A DNA stretch of 40,294 bases from Candidatus Aenigmatarchaeota archaeon (lineage in GTDB: Archaea > Aenigmatarchaeota > Aenigmatarchaeia > Aenigmatarchaeales > JAHLMS01), in contig JAHLMS010000003.1 of assembly GCA_018920245.1 (NCBI GenBank), positions 4,588 through 44,881 on the forward strand. The letters are read 5' to 3'. The notes beneath the pieces are model-generated. The model made no database searches, was not told the DNA's origin, and saw only the letters and a list, made by a program, of their open reading frames with translations. Every line of letters begins with the position of its first letter. Positions within the stretch are counted from its first letter, which is position 1. Below are positions 35,212 to 40,294 of the stretch, in pieces. The translations under genes were made by a program, and so were the position numbers.

Positions 35212-36055
35212 CAATGCTTCCGTTGCCAGCCGGTATTGCGCGCTGAATTTCATCTATAGGTATTTGTTCTATCAACACTTTATCATCAGGCAATGCCTTG
35301 ATGAGTATTTGCCTGCGTATCTCTGCTGCAAGCCGAGCCTGTGGCATGTCACCGGGCTGAATGGTGACAAAATATTTTGCATGCTTGTTTACAGCCTGCA
35401 CGTTGCCATAGATTAGTTTTGCTGCTCGCTTGCCTTCCTTGTCGGTTTCAAACTTTATTCCAATCGCGACCTTCAGTTCCATCTTCTTCAGATAGTTTTT
35501 TGTGCCTCTTATCATGAATGCGCCTTTTGGTAGAAATTCGCCAGCAGGGGCGGTTTTACTGACTTGTTCTGGCCTGACCCAATAGACATCAACACCACCA
35601 AGGCCTGCTGCCCATGCTCTGCTGTAGGCTGCGGCAAACTCAGCCGCTTCTCGAATGGCCAGAGGTGTGATGGTCTTGCCTTCAGCCTTTATTACAGTCA
35701 GAGGCGCACCTGTTATTTCCGCGTGTAGCACGATGTCCGTCGGTTCGATTCGCTTTGCAAAAATGATTTCATTCTGCTTTGCATCACGGCCAGCAATGAC
35801 GAGAAATCCTTCTGTAGTAAACATCCATCGGAAAGATTCGTACCATTTCCCTCGTGGCCTTCTTTTCTGTGGCAGCACAGATTTTTTTATTTCAGATACG
35901 GCAGCACCGGCTTTCATATTTTCGATCTGCTTCAACGTCTTTGCTAGTGCGGCCTCGGCAGTTGCGATCTTTGCCTTGGCCTTTTTCGATTCCTGAAAGT
36001 ATTTCTCGGCGTTCTGTCTCGCGTTCTTTCTAATATCTATCTCTACTTCAATCAT
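35204..36055 (-). CDS. rqcH: NFACT/Rqc2 C-terminal part (NFACT-R RNA-binding domain)
   Basis: NAEKYF, WYESFRWM, AGRDAKQNE, LHAEITGAP and QVSKTAPAGEFLPKGAFMIRG motifs. Confidence 0.92.
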   Translation of the reverse strand: MIEVEIDIRKNARQNAEKYFQESKKAKAKIATAEAALAKTLKQIENMKAGAAVSEIKKSVLPQKRRPRGKWYESFRWMFTTEGFLVIAGRDAKQNEIIFAKRIEPTDIVLHAEITGAPLTVIKAEGKTITPLAIREAAEFAAAYSRAWAAGLGGVDVYWVRPEQVSKTAPAGEFLPKGAFMIRGTKNYLKKMELKVAIGIKFETDKEGKRAAKLIYGNVQAVNKHAKYFVTIQPGDMPQARLAAEIRRQILIKALPDDKVLIEQIPIDEIQRAIPAGNGSIVS

Positions 36056-36070
36056 TGCATCCTACCCTTA

Positions 36071-37180
36071 TCAATTTAACATAAGAATTATTTTTCCTTT
36101 TCGTTCCTGGATTTCCTTTACAGCAGGCATTCTTGTCTTGACTTGTTCCTTGATCTGCGCCCACTTCTGGCCTGAAGCCCGCGCAGCATGTAGGCTGTTG
36201 ATTATTTCTTCTATAAGTTGTACATTCCTTATTATTGCTTCAGCCTTCAATCTGTTGATTTCTGCCTCTTCTTTTAACTTCTCGATGGTGGCTTGCTGCT
36301 CAGCAGCGATGTGCTCAAGTCTGGCAAGCTGGTTGCTTACAGCCTTGGTTTTTGCGATTTCGGTTTCGCTGATTGTGCCGGCAGTATAAGCCTCGTCGAG
36401 CGCATGCATGAATGTTTGGACCCTTTCTGTACGCTTATCTTTGTATATCAGAAGCTCTATCGGAACAGCATCAACTATTTTAGAGTCTTCATATACTAGC
36501 CTCGGCGAGAATTCCTTTACAAGCGAGTGTATAGCCTCGTACAGGGCAAGCAACTCGCTATCAGTCACTTTTTTGCATAGTTTGTTCTTGTCGAGCTGCG
36601 CCCTTGCACACACCTCTTCGGCATACAGACCAGACAGACTGAGCTCAACGGCAAGAAAGCGTACAATCTCTTTGTCGCTCTTCGCAAGCATGCCGTGCAA
36701 TTCTGTATGTGTCAACATGAACGGGTTGACAACGTCTGGAGGATAGCTGTAAGGTTTGCGCGGCACGACCTGTCTGTCCTTCCATAGTTGCACCTCAAGC
36801 GGCATTATAATTCTTTTTGTCTTGTCACAAATTATCACATTGCCCTTGGAAAATACCTCAAAAATAATGATATTCTTTTCAGTGTCCAGCTCGACGATGC
36901 GGTCGAAACCATGCTGTCTGACGTCTGTTATCCGCTGTCCGCCCACATGCTTCCTTGCGAACATTGCGAAGCTTTCAGGCTGTTCAGGCGCTCTGCGCCT
37001 GTATTCAGTGATGAATATCTTTCCAGGCTCGAAGCGAAGCGTGAACGCACCCTTGGCCGGAACGTAGACCTCGAGCCAGAAGGCTTTTCCCTGCTGGTAG
37101 ATTTTCTGTATTTGCCCGCCAATTAGATTGCGCAGTTCGTTAACCACGAAAAATACATCCAAGCTCGACATATCACGCAT
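36071..37180 (-). CDS. rqcH: NFACT/Rqc2 N-terminal part (NFACT-N, HhH, coiled coil)
   Basis: MSSLDV, FAMFARK, QHGFDRIV, EVFSKGNVI and GLYAEEVC motifs. Confidence 0.92.
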   Translation of the reverse strand: MRDMSSLDVFFVVNELRNLIGGQIQKIYQQGKAFWLEVYVPAKGAFTLRFEPGKIFITEYRRRAPEQPESFAMFARKHVGGQRITDVRQHGFDRIVELDTEKNIIIFEVFSKGNVIICDKTKRIIMPLEVQLWKDRQVVPRKPYSYPPDVVNPFMLTHTELHGMLAKSDKEIVRFLAVELSLSGLYAEEVCARAQLDKNKLCKKVTDSELLALYEAIHSLVKEFSPRLVYEDSKIVDAVPIELLIYKDKRTERVQTFMHALDEAYTAGTISETEIAKTKAVSNQLARLEHIAAEQQATIEKLKEEAEINRLKAEAIIRNVQLIEEIINSLHAARASGQKWAQIKEQVKTRMPAVKEIQERKGKIILMLN

Positions 37181-37204
37181 GCAAAGAATGGGCAGGCTTA
37201 ACTT

Positions 37205-37720
37205 TTATTTCTGCTCTTCTGGTGCGGCAATCATTTGGTTAAAGAATTTCTTTATATCCTCTTCGCTTTCAAGACCGAAGTAGCTCGCGAATTCCTTTGT
37301 CGCGACTAGTGCTTTCGTCCGTCCAGTTTTCACTGTCCGTATCAGACCGCGCTGTTCAAGCTGCTTGACATATTCGTATGTGCGGTTGCCTATTACACGA
37401 ACAATCTGTGACTGAGTTATCGGCTGCTTGTACGCTACCATCGCAAGAACGCGTAGCAAGCCTCGGGACAATTCGTGATAAGGTGTGAGATGACGCACTT
37501 GCGGTGCGAACTGCGGTTTTACCCTCATCTGCCATCCCGCACTTGATTCTATAATATTGATGCCATGTTCATCACTAGCGAAGCTCGCAGCTATCTCCTT
37601 CAAAAGTTCCTGAATTTTGTCTGGGCTTATCCGCAAGATTTTCTCTAGCTGCCGCATGCTGAGCGGCTCGGCTGCCATGAAAAGCGCTGCCTCAAGCAGC
37701 GCCCTTTTGGATTGTTGCAT
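37205..37720 (-). CDS. scpB: Segregation and condensation protein ScpB
   Basis: LEAALF, LAMVAYKQPITQS and TKEFASYFGL motifs. Confidence 0.94.
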   Translation of the reverse strand: MQQSKRALLEAALFMAAEPLSMRQLEKILRISPDKIQELLKEIAASFASDEHGINIIESSAGWQMRVKPQFAPQVRHLTPYHELSRGLLRVLAMVAYKQPITQSQIVRVIGNRTYEYVKQLEQRGLIRTVKTGRTKALVATKEFASYFGLESEEDIKKFFNQMIAAPEEQK

Positions 37721-38420
37721 TCGAATCCTTCCTTCTCAATTCAACCAATATTTCCTTAAAAAGTTCTTCTTGTTTGACGCGTACCTTGCCGTCTTGGCTA
37801 AGATGGAGTAAAGGTATCAGCGCACGGACAATCTCTGCACGTTCCCACCTGTTTACAAGCTTTGAGAACTCGACATCATGGTGCAACTCATCGATAGCCT
37901 GATTAATGGCAGCAAGCAGGTTTTCGATGCGCTTGGTGATGTCAGTGTCACCCGCAGGCACTGCACGTTCGACTATTGCACGTATCTTCAGTTTGCGTCT
38001 CTCGCGGCGTTCCTGCACCTCGAATGCCTTCCTGAGCGCTGTTATGAGCTCATTCATGGTCACAGTGCCCAGAGGTACGCGTTTGAGCGGCGGCTGCAGT
38101 GGGGGCAGGGCTGCGAGCGTTCGCATGAGTTCTTCGTCCTTGGCAACTGATGTTGATTCAGGTATCAGTATGCGTTGCTTCTTTTCCGCCAAAATATCAG
38201 ATTTCATGCGCAGCAAAATAGCCGTTATCAGAATAAACCGCGCAGGCACGCGCAGATCGAGCTGGTCCATCTTTGCCAGGTAGGTGCTAAACACATCAGC
38301 AAGCGCGCAAATGTCCACAGCCCAAGGATCCATACCCTCCTCTGCCACTATCTTGACTATGACGTCCTCCCAACTAGGCTCTGAAATCATAAGGTTGATA
38401 AGGTCATTATCCGAAAGCAT
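37692..38420 (-). CDS. scpA: Segregation and condensation protein ScpA (kleisin)
   Basis: MDPWAVDI, AILLRMKS, VTMNELI.AL and LLHL...G...Q.ELF motifs. Confidence 0.93.
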   Translation of the reverse strand: MLSDNDLINLMISEPSWEDVIVKIVAEEGMDPWAVDICALADVFSTYLAKMDQLDLRVPARFILITAILLRMKSDILAEKKQRILIPESTSVAKDEELMRTLAALPPLQPPLKRVPLGTVTMNELITALRKAFEVQERRERRKLKIRAIVERAVPAGDTDITKRIENLLAAINQAIDELHHDVEFSKLVNRWERAEIVRALIPLLHLSQDGKVRVKQEELFKEILVELRRKDSNATIQKGAA

Positions 38421-38477
38421 ATAACCACTTGGTATTCAATCTTTTTATGTCAGAGTTAATAAACATTATTGAGCGCT

Positions 38478-39797
38478 ATGCCCAAGAAGAAAGTAGTTAT
38501 AATGGGCGCGGCGGGACGCGATTTTCATAATTTCAACGTAGCTTTCAGAAACAATTCTGCCTATCAAGTCGTGGCATTCACAGCTGCCCAGATACCGAAC
38601 ATTGCTGGCAGAAAATATCCGAAGGAGCTGGCTGGCAAGGGTTATCCGTATGGTATTCCAATTTATCCAGAGGAATATCTTCCAAAAATTATAAAGAAGT
38701 ATGGCGTCGACGAGGTTGTTCTTGCTTACTCGGACCTTTCCCATATTGACGTGATGCACAAGGCATCGATCGCATTGGCTGCTGGCGCTGACTTTAGGCT
38801 TATGGGTCCGACTAGCACAATGCTCAAATCCAAAAAACCAGTGATATCTGTGACTGCCGTGCGCACCGGTTCGGGCAAAAGCCCTGCGGTTCGCAGGATC
38901 GTTGAAATTCTCAAGCGGTTCGGCAAGCGAACAGTGGTGATCAGGCATCCGATGCCCTATGGAGATTTGCGAAAGCAGGCTGTGCAGCGATTCGCGACTT
39001 TGGATGATATGAAGAATCAGAAATGCACCATAGAGGAGATGGAAGAATATGGTCCGCACATTGCTGCAGGCACCATCGTCTACGCTGGCGTAGATTATGA
39101 GAAAATATTGAAGCAGGCCGAGCGCGAGGCCGATGTGATAGTCTGGGACGGTGGCAACAACGACTTCAGTTTCATCAAACCTGACCTGAGTATAGTTGTT
39201 GTGGACTGCAGACGACCAGGCCATGAGTCAACATATCATCCGGGCGAGGCAAATGTGCGGATGGCTGACTTGGTGATTCTTAGCAAGGTAGATACAGCAA
39301 AGCCGGCGGACATTGAGGCTGTGGCTCGTGCAATCTCTGAAATGAATCCAGATGCTGTTGTGATACGTGCCGCGCTGCCGATAACAGTCGACCAGCCTGA
39401 GCTGCTGCGCGGCAAGCGCGTGCTTGTCATAGAGGATGGTCCGACGCTCACACATGGTGGCCTGGCAACCGGTGCAGGCGCGTTAGCGGCCGAAGCCAAC
39501 GGCGCATACATGATCAACCCGAGGCAATATGCCGTTGGCTCGATCAAGAATATTTTTGTAAAATATCCACAGCTCGGACCTGTGCTGCCCGCAATGGGCT
39601 ACAGCACAGAACAGATGTCTGAGCTCGAGCAGACCATAAATGCGGTGCCTGCTGATGTCGTCTTGTTCGGCACACCCATAGATCTGAGGCATTTTATGAA
39701 CATAAATAAGCCCGCTGTGCGCGTGCGATACGAATTGCGGGAAGTTGGTAAACCTGAATTGGAATCTAGAATATTGCAAGTGTTGAAAAGGCATTAG
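38478..39797 (+). CDS. P-loop NTPase of the cyclic-2,3-diphosphoglycerate synthetase-like / arginine synthetase (ArcE) family
   Basis: MGAAGRDFHNFN, AVRTGSGKS, RHPMPYG, WDGGNND, EDGPTLTHGG and LPAMGY motifs. Confidence 0.85.
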   Translation: MPKKKVVIMGAAGRDFHNFNVAFRNNSAYQVVAFTAAQIPNIAGRKYPKELAGKGYPYGIPIYPEEYLPKIIKKYGVDEVVLAYSDLSHIDVMHKASIALAAGADFRLMGPTSTMLKSKKPVISVTAVRTGSGKSPAVRRIVEILKRFGKRTVVIRHPMPYGDLRKQAVQRFATLDDMKNQKCTIEEMEEYGPHIAAGTIVYAGVDYEKILKQAEREADVIVWDGGNNDFSFIKPDLSIVVVDCRRPGHESTYHPGEANVRMADLVILSKVDTAKPADIEAVARAISEMNPDAVVIRAALPITVDQPELLRGKRVLVIEDGPTLTHGGLATGAGALAAEANGAYMINPRQYAVGSIKNIFVKYPQLGPVLPAMGYSTEQMSELEQTINAVPADVVLFGTPIDLRHFMNINKPAVRVRYELREVGKPELESRILQVLKRH

Positions 39798-39799
39798 TG

Positions 39800-40294
39800 T
39801 TAGCTGGGCATTCTGATTCCGACAAGCTTGGATTCACCATCTTCCATAGACACGCCATAGACACAGTCAGCGGCAGCGACCGTGGAGTCGTTGTGGCTTA
39901 TGACAATGAACTGGGCGCGGTCTGAATATTTCTTAATAAGATCTACCATCTTCTTTGTGTTCGGCTTGTCCAGGGCGGCATCAATCTCGTCCAGCACGTA
40001 AAACGGTGCCGCCCTGAAGCGCTGTATTGCGAACAGGAAGGCCAGTGCTGTCATTGTCTTTTCACCGCCTGACATGGCATCGATGTTCAGAACCTTCCTG
40101 CCCGGTGGGCATGCCTCTATCAGAAGACCAGACTCTATATTTTCGGGATCTTCGAGCTTCAGATTGCCCTCCCCGCCGGTAAGATCATTATAGATGATTT
40201 TGAATTGCTCGGCAATAGCTGTCAGTGTTGTCATGAACGAGCTCTTGCGCCTACCCTCGATATCTGCTATTATTCCTATTACACGGTCCCGTTC
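39800..40294 (-). CDS. smc: Chromosome segregation protein SMC (3' end; runs off the window)
   Basis: MSGGEK signature, LDEIDAALD Walker B/D-loop, QFIVISH. Confidence 0.96.
   Translation of the reverse strand, partial: ERDRVIGIIADIEGRRKSSFMTTLTAIAEQFKIIYNDLTGGEGNLKLEDPENIESGLLIEACPPGRKVLNIDAMSGGEKTMTALAFLFAIQRFRAAPFYVLDEIDAALDKPNTKKMVDLIKKYSDRAQFIVISHNDSTVAAADCVYGVSMEDGESKLVGIRMPS

Noticed and set aside
1-40294. CRISPR arrays, rRNA genes, transposases, integrases, inteins
   Set aside because: No regularly spaced repeats, rRNA sequence or recombinase/transposase ORFs seen; aIF5B and the helicase are of normal length

Overview
This is an archaeal chromosomal window, most consistent with a DPANN lineage (the fused PriS-PriL primase points there; Aenigmatarchaeota-like is an inference). 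It is dominated by conserved translation, replication and repair genes: the L7Ae-S28e-L24e-aIF5B-S6e-aIF2g block, gltX, rpoK-eno-rps2, PCNA-primase-GINS-L44e-S27e-aIF2a-Nop10-PAC2, split Hef, tmk-thyX, split Rqc2/NFACT and SMC-ScpA-ScpB. It also holds two intron-containing tRNA-Pro genes. The most notable observations are: (1) an unannotated ~105-nt structured RNA gene between the two Hef halves, closed by a bulge-helix-bulge motif, whose predicted splicing gives an 80-nt circular three-way-junction RNA with a C(UUCG)G hairpin completed at the ligation junction; (2) an archaeal protein closely resembling the eukaryotic 18S rRNA m7G methyltransferase Bud23/WBSCR22, located between aIF2a and Nop10; (3) an AT-rich ~2.8-kb decaying island bounded by integron attC-like sites; (4) structured leaders on rps6e and rpl7ae; (5) D-loop tRNA introns with competing hairpins and apparently leaderless tRNA promoters. 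All calls come from reading the sequence by eye, with no database searches. Several start codons were moved from the ORF track to the nearest ATG supported by an SD or TATA element.
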